Shown in pieces: positions 1 through 10,434 of a stretch of 64,000 bases of DNA; the stretch's first letter is position 1, and every line of letters starts with the position of its first letter. The notes under the pieces are model-generated. The model made no database searches, was not told the origin of the DNA, and saw nothing but the letters and a program-made list of their open reading frames with translations. A program made the position numbers and the translations under genes. This DNA comes from Polyangiaceae bacterium (lineage in GTDB: Bacteria > Myxococcota_A > Polyangia > Polyangiales > Polyangiaceae): contig JBILLK010000029.1 of the NCBI GenBank assembly GCA_044376115.1, forward strand, positions 64,001-128,000, read 5' to 3'.

Positions 1-1929
1 GCCTGGGCGTTGATCGTACATGAGCTCGCCACCTCGCGCGTACCCCACGAAGCCGAGACGCTGTTGGAGGTGAAGAAGCGACGACTATCCGAGCCCGTCC
101 CTCTCCTCGACGAAAGCGTCGCGTCACCGGAGCTGCGTGACGCGGTCTCCCGTTGTCTCTCGAGAGCCCCGTCGGACCGTCCACGCGACGGCGCCGCGCT
201 CGTGAAGCTCTTGTTACCGGATCCGACGCCGCGCACCACGTCGATTGCTCCCAACCGAGCACGGTGGGGGGCGCGCGTTCTCGTCGCGATCGCCATCATC
301 GGAGGAGTGATCGCGCTTGCGGTCTCCCTTCAACGTGAGAAGCCAGCCGCATCAGTTCCGGTGGTTGAGGCGGAGCGCGCAACCGCCAGCGCTGCAAGGC
401 CTATCCGAGTCCACAGCTTTCGGAACGCTCGCAAGTTGACCTTCGAACCCGGCTGCTCGGAGTACGGCTCGTTTTCGCCCGATGGCAAATACGTATTGTT
501 CGACAAATCCGAGGGACCGAAGAGTCACTTGTTTCAGCTCGAGCTCGCTACAGGCCGAGAGGAGCGGCTCACGACGTCACCGCGATGGGACTACTCGGCC
601 TCGTATACGCCGAACGGACGCAGCGTCCTCTTCTTGCGGCAAGCCCAGCAGCCCGCCGCGATGTTGCTCGAGCTCCAAACAGGCAAACTTCGAGAGCTAG
701 CCTCGGGCGCGATCCGGCCCACCATCGGCTTGGATGGCCGCTCCTTTTGGGCTGGAGACCCCGCAACGCCAACGCGCTTCGACTTGGATAGCGGTGCGCT
801 GCTCGAGCAGCTCGTGGCCCCCGTCGGAATGCAGGCGCTTCGAGTTCGCACGCTCGCGAGCGGTGAACACGTTGGCGTGTTTCGTGTCGGGGACAATGAA
901 GCCAGCCTGATTGCGGTGTTCAAAGAAGGCGCCTGGTCAACCCTGCGAACAGGCCGTTTTTACGACACGCTCACACTCTCCGCCGATCAATCGACAGCCT
1001 ACTTCTTCTCCGAGAAAGGGCCGCACGACCGCACCGTGACGGCCTTTCGCCCCGGCGCAGAGCTCGTGGAGCGACAGATGATGTCGCACGCCGATCTCGC
1101 GTTCTCTGCGGACGAGACCTCTGCTTTGTGGTCGACCTGCCGCAACCAAACGACCTGGGCCGTCCACGACGGCCATGGGTTCCGTGCGCCCAGTGAGGAT
1201 CCGAATTTCAGTGGGGTTGACGTGGCGTTGCTCGACGGTCGAACCATCGCTATCTCGGCTCGCGATGGCGCTGATAACAAGCTGTGGATGATGAAGCCGG
1301 GCTCGCCCCCGACCGAACTACGCGGGGTCGAAGGGGTGCCGGGCGAGCTGCACGCAGATGGAACTGCGGCCATCGTAGCGACGCAGCGTGGCCTCTACCG
1401 TGTGGACTTCGCCACTGGCTCGCCGATCGTTACGCAGCTCACGTCGAACGCAGCGGATGTCGCACCGTCCACGGACAACAAGGGAAACGTCGTTTTCGCG
1501 CGACAGGTCGAAGGTGGGCGCTCGATGCTCATGTCCGTTCCAAAAACGGGGGGCACCGAAGCGACCCCGAGGTGGTCTGGTGAGGCGATCTGGCCCACTG
1601 CAAGCCCCAGCGCTGACGCGATTATCTTCGTCGACCGAGCTGGAGTCCTGATGAAGTTGTCGGGCGATACTGCGCTGCCCTTCGGTAAGGACCTTCCCCC
1701 AGGACCTTATCGCCGACCGATGTTCTCCCTGGATGGGCGGAAGGTCGCGGTTCTCCGAGACGCCGATAAGGTTGCTGTCCTCGACGCAGCCACTGGTCGT
1801 CTCGTCGACAGCTACGATGCGGGCGACTACGCACTCCACCAGGTCTTCTTCGATCGAGCAGGCTCACTCCACGTGCTCTGGTCAACGTGGGTCGGTGATC
1901 TCTGGATCGCAGACGTAGTCCCCGAGTGA
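1..1929 (+). CDS. Ser/Thr protein kinase (5'-truncated by window) with TM helix and TolB/PD40-like beta-propeller sensor domain
   Basis: Frame is open from base 1 (AWALIVHEL, kinase subdomain IX-like; RCLSRAPSDRP, subdomain XI). TM segment VLVAIAIIGGVIALAV. PD40-like repeats FSPDGK, YTPNGR, FSLDGR. Confidence 0.8.
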   Translation, partial: AWALIVHELATSRVPHEAETLLEVKKRRLSEPVPLLDESVASPELRDAVSRCLSRAPSDRPRDGAALVKLLLPDPTPRTTSIAPNRARWGARVLVAIAIIGGVIALAVSLQREKPAASVPVVEAERATASAARPIRVHSFRNARKLTFEPGCSEYGSFSPDGKYVLFDKSEGPKSHLFQLELATGREERLTTSPRWDYSASYTPNGRSVLFLRQAQQPAAMLLELQTGKLRELASGAIRPTIGLDGRSFWAGDPATPTRFDLDSGALLEQLVAPVGMQALRVRTLASGEHVGVFRVGDNEASLIAVFKEGAWSTLRTGRFYDTLTLSADQSTAYFFSEKGPHDRTVTAFRPGAELVERQMMSHADLAFSADETSALWSTCRNQTTWAVHDGHGFRAPSEDPNFSGVDVALLDGRTIAISARDGADNKLWMMKPGSPPTELRGVEGVPGELHADGTAAIVATQRGLYRVDFATGSPIVTQLTSNAADVAPSTDNKGNVVFARQVEGGRSMLMSVPKTGGTEATPRWSGEAIWPTASPSADAIIFVDRAGVLMKLSGDTALPFGKDLPPGPYRRPMFSLDGRKVAVLRDADKVAVLDAATGRLVDSYDAGDYALHQVFFDRAGSLHVLWSTWVGDLWIADVVPE

Positions 1930-1945
1930 GCGTTCGTCGCCGCGC

Positions 1946-2593
1946 CTACGGCTTGATCTCGAGCAGCTCCACGTCGAACACCAGCATCCCCGCGGGCTTA
2001 CCAGGCTTACCCTGATAGGCGAGCTCCTCGGGGATCCACAGCCGTCGCTCCTCACCCACCGCCATCAGCTGCAGGCCCTCGGTCCAACCGGGGATGACAC
2101 GCTTGAGCGGAAAGGTCGCCGGCTGACCACGCGCGACCGAACTATCGAAGGAGCGCCCGTCGGTGGTCCAGCCGGTGTAGTGCACGGTCACTACACTGTC
2201 CGCACTGGGCTTTGCGCCGCTGCCCGTTTTGAGCACCCGCGAGGCCAGACCGCTGGCGGTCTTTTCGGCATCGGCCGGAGGCGCAGCGACGTCCTCCGGC
2301 GCTTTGGGCGCAGCGGCCGGAGCCGCGCCGCCGACCATGCGCGTTGCCCCCATCTCCTTCATCACCTGATCGTAGGAGCCCACGCGACCGTCCCGATGAT
2401 GACAGTGATTGCGATGGCAGTTGGTCCAGCCGGGTGGAGGGTTCGCCGGGTCGAACACGACTTCGCCGTTCGCCGCCGGAGCCCCGGTGGATTGCGCCGA
2501 GGCCGAGACCGCGGCGCTCTCGCGCGTGGGAGCCACCTCGGTGCTGCAGCCGAGCGCCAACCCCATAACCCCGAGCAAAGGACGCAAACGCAT
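1946..2593 (-). CDS. FKBP-type peptidyl-prolyl cis-trans isomerase, lipoprotein
   Basis: VTVHYTGW..DGRSFDSS, VIPGWTEGL, IPEELAY, LVFDVELL; lipobox LALGC. Confidence 0.93.
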   Translation of the reverse strand: MRLRPLLGVMGLALGCSTEVAPTRESAAVSASAQSTGAPAANGEVVFDPANPPPGWTNCHRNHCHHRDGRVGSYDQVMKEMGATRMVGGAAPAAAPKAPEDVAAPPADAEKTASGLASRVLKTGSGAKPSADSVVTVHYTGWTTDGRSFDSSVARGQPATFPLKRVIPGWTEGLQLMAVGEERRLWIPEELAYQGKPGKPAGMLVFDVELLEIKP

Positions 2594-2655
2594 GCTCGCC
2601 TCTTAGGCCGAAGCGGCGCTGCGTCGAAACAAATTCGGCTCAGACCTTCGCGCCG

Positions 2656-3540
2656 CTAGGAGAGCCGACCAAGCAAGGCCTTCGCATCCGCCTCGAGCCG
2701 GCGGCGCAATACGCCGGTGAGGTTCAGCGACTCGAACACGGCGGGCGGCGCAGTAACCTCCTCGGCGGGAGCTGCAAAGCCGTTGGCGCGGCAAATTTCC
2801 TCGGCCACCCCTAGCGCAGCAGCCATCGGGTGCATCACGCCGCCGATGGTCGGATGATGGTGATGCTCGATCACCAGGCACACGTCAGGCGGCAACTTCC
2901 ACGCGGCGCACACGATATTGCCAGCCTCAGCGTGCGCCTCGATCACCGGCCGCTGGATCTCGAACAGCGGCGGTGGAGCCTTGGGGGCTCGCACATCCGC
3001 GAGCACGATCAGCCCCGCTGCAATGCCAACGTCGTGCAACAAGCCGCACAAGAAGGCGTATTCATCGGGTAGCGAGGTCGCTCTACACACGAGGCGCGCT
3101 ACGTGCGCCACCGCCACCGAGTGATTGCGCAAGGCATCCATCGCCTTCTCATAGCCCTTCGCGCGAAACACCCGACTCGAGACCGAGACGTGAAAAAAAA
3201 TCTCCGCCATGGTGTTCATGCCCAGCCGCGAAACGCCTTGCTCCAAGGAGCGAACAGGTGTTGCCGCACCGTACGCCGGGGACTGCGCCAGGCGAAGCAC
3301 GCGACCGGCGATGAAGGGGTCGTACTCGAGTACGTCGAGTACATCACGCACCGATGCATCGGGGCTGCGAGCCAACTCGAGCAACTGCAACGCCGCAGAT
3401 GGGAGCAGCGGCGGCTCGTAGTCAGGCGCACGGAAGGCCGCACGCAGCCGCTCCAGAACATCGCGCTCCTCGACGAACTCCGCGTCGATCTCGACAGTTC
3501 CTCGCCCATAGTTTTCGGCCCGCGACGCGAATGACGCCAT
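2656..3540 (-). CDS. HDOD domain protein
   Basis: PPLLP, DPFIAGRVLRLAQS, HSVAVA, GLLHDVG, HAEAG..W.LP..IEHHH motifs. Confidence 0.9.
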   Translation of the reverse strand: MASFASRAENYGRGTVEIDAEFVEERDVLERLRAAFRAPDYEPPLLPSAALQLLELARSPDASVRDVLDVLEYDPFIAGRVLRLAQSPAYGAATPVRSLEQGVSRLGMNTMAEIFFHVSVSSRVFRAKGYEKAMDALRNHSVAVAHVARLVCRATSLPDEYAFLCGLLHDVGIAAGLIVLADVRAPKAPPPLFEIQRPVIEAHAEAGNIVCAAWKLPPDVCLVIEHHHHPTIGGVMHPMAAALGVAEEICRANGFAAPAEEVTAPPAVFESLNLTGVLRRRLEADAKALLGRLS

Positions 3541-3562
3541 TCGCTATGAAGACGTCACCAAC

Positions 3563-4783
3563 TTGACGCCGCTTAAGCCTGCTTCGCCCTCCCCTCGCCC
3601 TCTCGAAGGGCTGCGCGTCCTCGAACTCGGTCAGCTGCTCGCTGGTCCCTTCGCCGGCTGCTTGCTCGGCTACTTCGGCGCCGACGTGATCAAGGTCGAG
3701 TCGCTGAGCGGTGATCCGCTGCGCGGGTGGCGTGAGCTCGAGGACGGCACCAGCCTTTGGTGGCGCAGCCTCTCGCGCAACAAGCGCTGCATCGCGCTCG
3801 ATCTGCACCGCGAGGAAGCGCGCGAGATCGTGCGCGAGCTCTTGCTGACGAGCGACATCCTGCTGGAGAACTTTCGCCCTGGAACGATGGAGGCGTGGGG
3901 CCTCGGGCCGGAGGTCGTCACGGAGCTCGCACCGCGGGTGGTTTACGCGCGCGTCTCGGGCTTCGGCCAGACGGGTCCGGACCGCGAGCGACCGGGCTTT
4001 GCTTCCGTGTGCGAGGCTGTCGCTGGTCTGCGCTACATCACAGGCCATCCCGGAGAATTGCCGGTAAGACCGAATCTCTCATTGGGGGATTCCTTGGGTG
4101 GGCTGCATGCGATGTTGGGCGTGCTTCTGGCCTTGCGAGCGCGCGACCTCACCGGGCGCGGACAAGTGGTGGACATCGCGCTCACCGAATCGATCTTCAA
4201 CGTGCTCGAGTCCACCCTGATCGAGGCCGACCGTGGCGTCACGCGACAGCCCTCCGGCGTGACCATCACCGGCGTGGTACCGAGCAGCGCGTATCGCTGT
4301 TCCGCCGAAGGCGGACACCGTGAACCGATCGTGATCGGGGCCAACACCGACAAGCTGTTTGCGGTGTTGATGGCGCTGATCGAGCGGCCGGATCTGGCCG
4401 CGGATCCGTCGCTCGCGAGCAACCCTGGTCGCGTCCTGCGCGCCTCCGAGATCGACCAAGCGATCGAAGCCTGGACCAGCGTCCGCACAGCCGCTGAGGC
4501 GGTGTCGGCGCTCGCCGCGGCGGGCATTCCCGCGGGGCGCATTCAGGACGCAGCGCAGGTACTTCAAGACCCACAGGTGCGAGCACGGGGCACCATGGAG
4601 GCGGTCGCTTACCCCAAGGGCGAACTGAGGCTTCCCAAGCTCGCGCCGCTGCTCAGCGAAACGCCGGGCCGCAGTGATTTCGCGGGCCCGGAGCTGGGAG
4701 CGCACACCCGGGAGGTGCTGCTCGAATTGGGCCTTGGTGAGACGCAGCTCGCCGAGTTGTTCGCCAGCCAGGTCATTCGCTAA
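3563..4783 (+). CDS. CoA-transferase family III (CaiB/BaiF)
   Basis: PLEGLRVLELGQLLAGPF, GADVIKVE, RNKR, ENFRPG, SGFGQTGP, LGAHTREVL. Confidence 0.95.
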   Translation: MTPLKPASPSPRPLEGLRVLELGQLLAGPFAGCLLGYFGADVIKVESLSGDPLRGWRELEDGTSLWWRSLSRNKRCIALDLHREEAREIVRELLLTSDILLENFRPGTMEAWGLGPEVVTELAPRVVYARVSGFGQTGPDRERPGFASVCEAVAGLRYITGHPGELPVRPNLSLGDSLGGLHAMLGVLLALRARDLTGRGQVVDIALTESIFNVLESTLIEADRGVTRQPSGVTITGVVPSSAYRCSAEGGHREPIVIGANTDKLFAVLMALIERPDLAADPSLASNPGRVLRASEIDQAIEAWTSVRTAAEAVSALAAAGIPAGRIQDAAQVLQDPQVRARGTMEAVAYPKGELRLPKLAPLLSETPGRSDFAGPELGAHTREVLLELGLGETQLAELFASQVIR

Positions 4784-4858
4784 CCTGTGATCAAATCATC
4801 GACTTGCGGGCATCGTCAGCAGCGGCTCGCCAATTTCTGGTCTAGCTTCGGGAGTTCA

Positions 4859-6175
4859 ATGCGGCTCATCCATCCCCACGTGCTCGCACTGGGACTCTTC
4901 GCCCTCGCGCAGCGTGCACATGCGCAGCCGGCCCCTGCGGCCGGCCCAACGGCTTCTTCCTGGCCTTTGCCCACTGCGCCTGCGTCCCCCAGCGCAGAGG
5001 ATCAGAAGCGCGCAAAAGCTGTGTTCGACGCGGGCGGGCGCTCCTTCGAACAGGGCGATTTTGCGGCAGCGATCCAGGCCTTTGAGCAGGCCTATGCGCT
5101 CAGCGGCCGGCCGAGCGTGATCTTCTCGTTGGCCCAAGCACACAAGAAGGCCTTCGTGGATACCGGCACCGCCTACCATCGCGAGGCGGCCACCAGCCTT
5201 TTTCGCGCCTACTTGGCCGAGGTCAAAAAGGGCGGCCGACGGGCCGACGCGATCAAGGCGCTGGAGAGCTTGGGCGTCGCAGCTACGCCAGGTGGCCCTG
5301 CCCCCGCGGCGGTCCCTGCCGCCGTGGTCGAGAAGAAGACGCAACTGGCGATCGAGCTGCTTACGCCCGGGGCCACACTCTCGCTCGACGGCGGCCCGGC
5401 GATGACGCCGCAAGGCATGATCGAGGTCGCGCCGGGGCGGCATACCATCAAAGTTTCAGCGCCAGGATATCGTGAGAAAGAGTTCGTCACCCAGGCGCTA
5501 CCCAACCAAATTACGCCGGAGACGTACGAGCTCGAGGAGCTACCGGCCAAGGTTGCGCTGGAGCTGCCTTCGGGAGCGATGGTCTTTCTGGACGGGCGCG
5601 ACATGGGCGGCTCGAGTCAGCTTTCGCTGCCTTCGGGCAGCCACTTCATCTCGGTTGCGCAAGATGGCTACCGCAGCCTCGGCAGGTCAGTTGAAGTTGC
5701 GCCGGGGGAGGCCAAGCAACTGGCCTTCGATCTCGAAAGCACCACGCAAAGAGATCTCTCGGTGGGTCTGATGATCGGGGGCGGCGTGGCGCTCGCGGCT
5801 GGCGGCGGGTTGATTGGAGTGGCGCTGCTCCGCGAAGCGGATGCGAGCGAGATTGAAGCGGCGCGAGCCGAAGGGACGATCACCCAGGAGGATATCGCCG
5901 AGTACGATCAGGCGCGTGAAGACCGCGACAACTTCCGCCTCGCCGGAGGCATTGCCGGCGGGGTGGGCGCCGCGAGCCTGCTGCTCGGAGCCGTCTTGTT
6001 CCTGACCGATTCATCGGCTCCGCTCGCGCCACCGCAAGTCGGCCCGCAACCGGGCAAGCCCAGCAAGCCGAAGTCTGGTCCTTCCGAAATGGAGGAGATG
6101 TCGTTCACCCCTTGGGTTGGCCCCGTCGGGTCGGAGCACGTTCGCGCAGGAGGCACATGGTCACTCACGTTTTGA
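4859..6175 (+). CDS. Secreted TPR + PEGA domain protein with C-terminal Gly-rich hydrophobic hairpin and terminal Phe
   Basis: GGAG RBS at 4851 before ATG 4859. Signal peptide AHA|Q. TPR (FDAG..FEQGDFAAAIQAFEQAY). PEGA repeats (APGRHTIKVSAPGY; SGSHFISVAQDGY). Ends WSLTF. Confidence 0.85.
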   Translation: MRLIHPHVLALGLFALAQRAHAQPAPAAGPTASSWPLPTAPASPSAEDQKRAKAVFDAGGRSFEQGDFAAAIQAFEQAYALSGRPSVIFSLAQAHKKAFVDTGTAYHREAATSLFRAYLAEVKKGGRRADAIKALESLGVAATPGGPAPAAVPAAVVEKKTQLAIELLTPGATLSLDGGPAMTPQGMIEVAPGRHTIKVSAPGYREKEFVTQALPNQITPETYELEELPAKVALELPSGAMVFLDGRDMGGSSQLSLPSGSHFISVAQDGYRSLGRSVEVAPGEAKQLAFDLESTTQRDLSVGLMIGGGVALAAGGGLIGVALLREADASEIEAARAEGTITQEDIAEYDQAREDRDNFRLAGGIAGGVGAASLLLGAVLFLTDSSAPLAPPQVGPQPGKPSKPKSGPSEMEEMSFTPWVGPVGSEHVRAGGTWSLTF

Positions 6176-8817
6176 GGCGAGGTCGCAAGGCCAGCTGGTT
6201 CGTCGTTGCGCTACTCACCAGCTCGTGTGCGGACCTGCAGGACATTCCGCGCGGCGTTTGTGGCAACAACGTAGTGGACGAGGGGGAGGATTGTGACGGG
6301 CCGCTAGCCAGCGGCACTTGTGGCGCACCCGGGGCGGAGCACGAGTGCCGCTTCGTTTGGGTTAACTACGGAGATTGTCCTGCGGCAGACATGGGCTACG
6401 GCGCTGACCAACGCTGCCGGAAACCTTCGGGCGAGTTCGTCTCGGGTGAAGCCTTCGAAATCCCTGGTCGCAACTTGATTACGACCGACTTCGAGAACGA
6501 TGGCAGTCTAGAGGTTGCGTCAATCGTCGGAGAATCGTACAGCCCTGCGCTCGCGCTAACAAACGTGAGTACCGCAGGCTCCTTTAGTCTGGGGGATCCG
6601 ATCGAAAGCGGCGGCCGCGTTGGCATTGGCGATCTCTCGGAGGATCGCCTGCCAGACCTTGCGCTGGCAATTCGCTTTGGCGATTTTCGTCGCGGCTTGA
6701 CCGTTTTGCTCAGTCGCGACGGAGCGCTCGATCTAAAGCTTTTTCCGGAACCGACGCTTGCCCAGGACCTTCGCTTTGTCACGCTCGCTCCTTGGCTTTT
6801 CCCAAACTACACGCTCGGGGAGGACGTCGATCTCGAGGTGCTCGCCCGTGTAACCAAGGAGCAAGGCAAGCTACGAATATGTCCGGTGGACTTCGGCTGT
6901 TTCGCGGAGGACACGCTCAGCTTGAATGAGACGTTCTCGTTCGAGGAGACCGTCTTGGCGCATGACCAACTCAACCAGCTGATTTGGACCCCGAACATGT
7001 CCGCCTTCCTGTACCTCCCGCGCGAATTGGTTGGGGCGATCCCTGCCACGGGGATCAATCTCGAAAACACACCGAAGCTCAAGCTTGCTGGAGGGGCCAC
7101 TCCCTTTACGGGACCTGCGCTCGTCGACCTCGACGGGGACGGGCTGAACGAGGTCGTCGCGTTCGGCGTCGTAAATAGCACCATTGGGCTATACGTCCTG
7201 GGCAGCTCGACCCAAACTGGAGAGACGTTCCCACGATGGGAAGACAATGCGGAGTTGTCGCTGTGGGTCACCGACGGAGACAATCAGGTGCTGACTGGGA
7301 CGATCTCACGCCTCATACCCGCGCAGATCAACTCGGACGGACTTCCCGACTTCGTCATGGACCAGCACCTGCTCATCTCCAAAGGAGAGGCGACGAACGA
7401 TGCGCAACTGCATGACACCTTCCGCGTCGTTAACCTGAACCAGGACTTCATCATGGAGGGCGACCGAGCGCCACTCGCCGTAGGGGATGTCAATGGCGAC
7501 GGGCTTGACGACATCGTGCGATCAAACGGGGACCGTGTCCTGATCAGCTTCGGTGGCGATTTGTTGCCGCTCACCGAGGTCGAGCTTACAGCCGATCGAA
7601 GGATCACCGCGTTGGCGATCAGCGACTTCGACGGAGACGGCGCGGCCGATATCCTCGCCGCTGGAGCGCAGCCGAGCGAGTCCGAGCCGCCCACAGATAA
7701 GTGTGTACCGGATGAGCTACTGATCGCTTACGGCTCCAACCTTGGCCTGCCCGACGTGCCTACGAGCATCGGCGTGATCCAACCTGTTACCCAGCTCGTC
7801 GGTGGGCGCTTTTGGGCTGGGGAGGACGGCTTTGGGGACTTTGCGGTCGCGAGCCGATGCGAAGCGTCGCAAAAGGTGGAGAACGTCGTGCTCTCGGGCA
7901 ACGCCTATCGGGTCGAGGGTAAGCCCACACCACTGGGCCTGCTGATCGACGGCAAAAACACACCACTCGAGCCAATCCATGCGTTCGTTGGAGATGTGTT
8001 TGCGGGTACGGAAGAGCACAACGATCTTGTTGTGATTGGTGAGCTGGATGGGCTGGGACGAGCCGCCGTGGTGTACCCAAGCACCGGCGAGGCAGACATC
8101 TCCTTCTCGGATGCGAGCTACTTCCTGCTTCCGTCGAGCAACGAGAACGAGATGTTCGTCTTGGGTGAGGACTTTGCTGTCCAGGCCTTGCCCGGATTGG
8201 TAGTGGTGGGGAGGGCTCTGGCACAGACCCTAGATTTCACTAGCGCAGAAGTTAGCGGGACGCTGGTCGCATACGATCTCGCAACCGGCAGCGACCTCTC
8301 GGCGCAGATTGAGCTTCCAGTGCTGGAAATTGCGAAAGACGAAGCCGTTCAGAGTGCGTTCTCGCGGCTTGTTGGTTTTGACTACGAGGCTGGGACGCCA
8401 CAACGGTACGTGTTCGTCTATGGCGCCGAGGTTGTGAAGCAGTCGACGCCTGAGGATGGGGAGACCCAGGCGGGTGCGCCGGTAGGATTCGGTAGTATTA
8501 GCCGCTCCAAAACGGTGATTCTCAGAAGAGTCGGAAGCAGCCTAGTGTTCGAGGATTCCGACCAAGTAAACGTGGTGGACAGGACGGACGTGGTGGACCT
8601 GGTGGTCACCGATACCTTCAACACTGGAACAGCCACGACGTACTTGATTAGTAGCTCCGGGCAAATCCAACAACCTGATGAGTCGAGCGGTTTTGAGAGC
8701 TATTATCCAACCACCCAGGCCACCTCCGGAGACTTCAACGCGGACGGCCTGGTCGACCTGCTGGTTTCCGACGGAACGCTCGGAGCGGTCCTGTACCAGC
8801 TCCCGGTAAACCCCTAG
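6157..8817 (+). CDS. Lipoprotein with myxobacterial Cys-rich repeat and FG-GAP/VCBS Ca-binding repeats
   Basis: AGGAGG RBS before ATG 6157. Lipobox LTSSC. CGNNVVDEGEDCD repeat. DLDGDGLNE, GDVNGDGLDD, DFDGDGAAD, GDFNADGLVD. Confidence 0.85.
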   Translation: MVTHVLRRGRKASWFVVALLTSSCADLQDIPRGVCGNNVVDEGEDCDGPLASGTCGAPGAEHECRFVWVNYGDCPAADMGYGADQRCRKPSGEFVSGEAFEIPGRNLITTDFENDGSLEVASIVGESYSPALALTNVSTAGSFSLGDPIESGGRVGIGDLSEDRLPDLALAIRFGDFRRGLTVLLSRDGALDLKLFPEPTLAQDLRFVTLAPWLFPNYTLGEDVDLEVLARVTKEQGKLRICPVDFGCFAEDTLSLNETFSFEETVLAHDQLNQLIWTPNMSAFLYLPRELVGAIPATGINLENTPKLKLAGGATPFTGPALVDLDGDGLNEVVAFGVVNSTIGLYVLGSSTQTGETFPRWEDNAELSLWVTDGDNQVLTGTISRLIPAQINSDGLPDFVMDQHLLISKGEATNDAQLHDTFRVVNLNQDFIMEGDRAPLAVGDVNGDGLDDIVRSNGDRVLISFGGDLLPLTEVELTADRRITALAISDFDGDGAADILAAGAQPSESEPPTDKCVPDELLIAYGSNLGLPDVPTSIGVIQPVTQLVGGRFWAGEDGFGDFAVASRCEASQKVENVVLSGNAYRVEGKPTPLGLLIDGKNTPLEPIHAFVGDVFAGTEEHNDLVVIGELDGLGRAAVVYPSTGEADISFSDASYFLLPSSNENEMFVLGEDFAVQALPGLVVVGRALAQTLDFTSAEVSGTLVAYDLATGSDLSAQIELPVLEIAKDEAVQSAFSRLVGFDYEAGTPQRYVFVYGAEVVKQSTPEDGETQAGAPVGFGSISRSKTVILRRVGSSLVFEDSDQVNVVDRTDVVDLVVTDTFNTGTATTYLISSSGQIQQPDESSGFESYYPTTQATSGDFNADGLVDLLVSDGTLGAVLYQLPVNP

Positions 8818-8875
8818 CCACCAGCTGCCGCTCGCCCCCTTGTAGCGCGAGCCGCTCTGCTAGGCTGGCGCCCGC

Positions 8876-10429
8876 GTGACGCTCGCTCAATTCCCTACGC
8901 TGCAGGCCGGCTCGATCGTAGCCGGCCGCTATCGCGTGGAGGGCCCGCTCGGCTCGGGTGGCTTCGGGACGGTAGTGCGTGCAACGCAGTTTCCGCTCGG
9001 TCGCGAGGTAGCGATCAAGGTGATGGTGTCACCGCTCGGGGATGGCGCGCGTTTCGTCCAAGAAGCGCAGACAGCCCAAAAGCTCGAACACCCGAACACC
9101 ATCCGCATCCTCGACTTCGGCCAACTCGAGAGCGGGCTGCCGTTCATCGTGTTCGAGCTGTTGCGCGGCGAAAGCCTGGCACAGCTGATCGCTCGCACCG
9201 GCGGGCTACCGCTGTGGGCGGCGCTTCGCATCACCATGCAGGTGCTCAAGAGCCTGATGGAGGCGCACGCGCACGGCATCATCCATCGCGACATCAAGCC
9301 CGCCAATCTGTTCGTCACTGCTCACTCGGGTGAACCAGTGTTCGTGAAGGTGCTCGATTTTGGCGTGGCCAAGCAGCTCGGTGGCCCCCATCTCGAGCAG
9401 CGCGCCAACTACTCGGCGCCTTCTGCACCTGGCCTTACGCAAGCCGACCAGATCATCGGGACGCCGCTCTACATGTCTCCCGAACAAGCACGCGGCGCCG
9501 AGGTTGGACCAGGTTCGGACCTGTACGCGTTGGGCTTGGTGCTGGTCGAGATGATGACCGGTCGGCCCGTCTTGGATGCGAGCCTCGGCTCGATGGCGAT
9601 CGCGCTCGTGCACGACAGCCCGGAGCCGCTGCCGCTGCCGCAAGCGATCTTTGGCTCACCGATCGAGCGCTTGGTTAGGCGCGCCACGGCCAAGGACCTG
9701 CGCGAGCGTTATCGCTCGGCGCAAGAGATGTTGGCCGAGGTGGAGCTGCTGCTCGCGGGGACGACGCCAGCGGTCACGGTACGCTCGGCGTTCGGCGACC
9801 AAGCGGCAGGCGCAGGTGCGGCCATAGGCTTCGCTCCCACAGCCGCAGGGATGCAAACGCCGGGACGAAGCGAGCCGTTCGCGCGGACAGCGCCCCGGCC
9901 TGGCCCCGCTCGAGGGCTTTGGGTTGCGCTCGCCGGCGGAGTTGTAGCGTTGGGGCTTTTTGCATTGGGGCTCGCGCTTTGGCCGTCCGCAACGCCCTCG
10001 TCGAAACGAGCCACCATCCGTGATACGGAGGATGAATCTGACCCCTACGAGGCCGAGACGGTTGAAGAGCTGGACCTCGCGGAGCGTGAGATTGTGCCGC
10101 GTACCCTGGAACAAACGCTCGCTAAGCTCGAGGACGCGAACTACACCACCAAGCGCCTCAAACCGATGAGCGTGCCCGGACAGGAGATGGAGACACTCAA
10201 CGTGACGAGGCCCCCTTGCGGCGGCACCGTCTTGATTGCACAGTTCCCCAATAACCCCCACGGCTCCGCGGCCTTCCGATCCGCGATGGAACCGTTCGGT
10301 AGCACCGTCGCGACAGGCGATACGGTGCTTTACGTGGCCCTCGACTCGATAAAGAGAACCGCCGAGAGTCGCAAGAACTGCAGCATGCCGGTGTTAGCGC
10401 TGCTAACTCGCCCGAAGCAGAAACGCTAG
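8876..10429 (+). CDS. Membrane Ser/Thr protein kinase
   Basis: GSGGFG, VAIK, HRDIKPAN, DFG, GTPLYMSPE; TM helix followed by a small extracytoplasmic domain. Confidence 0.95.
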   Translation: MTLAQFPTLQAGSIVAGRYRVEGPLGSGGFGTVVRATQFPLGREVAIKVMVSPLGDGARFVQEAQTAQKLEHPNTIRILDFGQLESGLPFIVFELLRGESLAQLIARTGGLPLWAALRITMQVLKSLMEAHAHGIIHRDIKPANLFVTAHSGEPVFVKVLDFGVAKQLGGPHLEQRANYSAPSAPGLTQADQIIGTPLYMSPEQARGAEVGPGSDLYALGLVLVEMMTGRPVLDASLGSMAIALVHDSPEPLPLPQAIFGSPIERLVRRATAKDLRERYRSAQEMLAEVELLLAGTTPAVTVRSAFGDQAAGAGAAIGFAPTAAGMQTPGRSEPFARTAPRPGPARGLWVALAGGVVALGLFALGLALWPSATPSSKRATIRDTEDESDPYEAETVEELDLAEREIVPRTLEQTLAKLEDANYTTKRLKPMSVPGQEMETLNVTRPPCGGTVLIAQFPNNPHGSAAFRSAMEPFGSTVATGDTVLYVALDSIKRTAESRKNCSMPVLALLTRPKQKR

Positions 10430-10434
10430 CAGCC

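Noticed and set aside
3193..3200. A8 homopolymer in the HDOD gene as a phase-variation site
   Set aside because: The frame is intact (IFFH), and a single 8-mer is too weak without read-level evidence.
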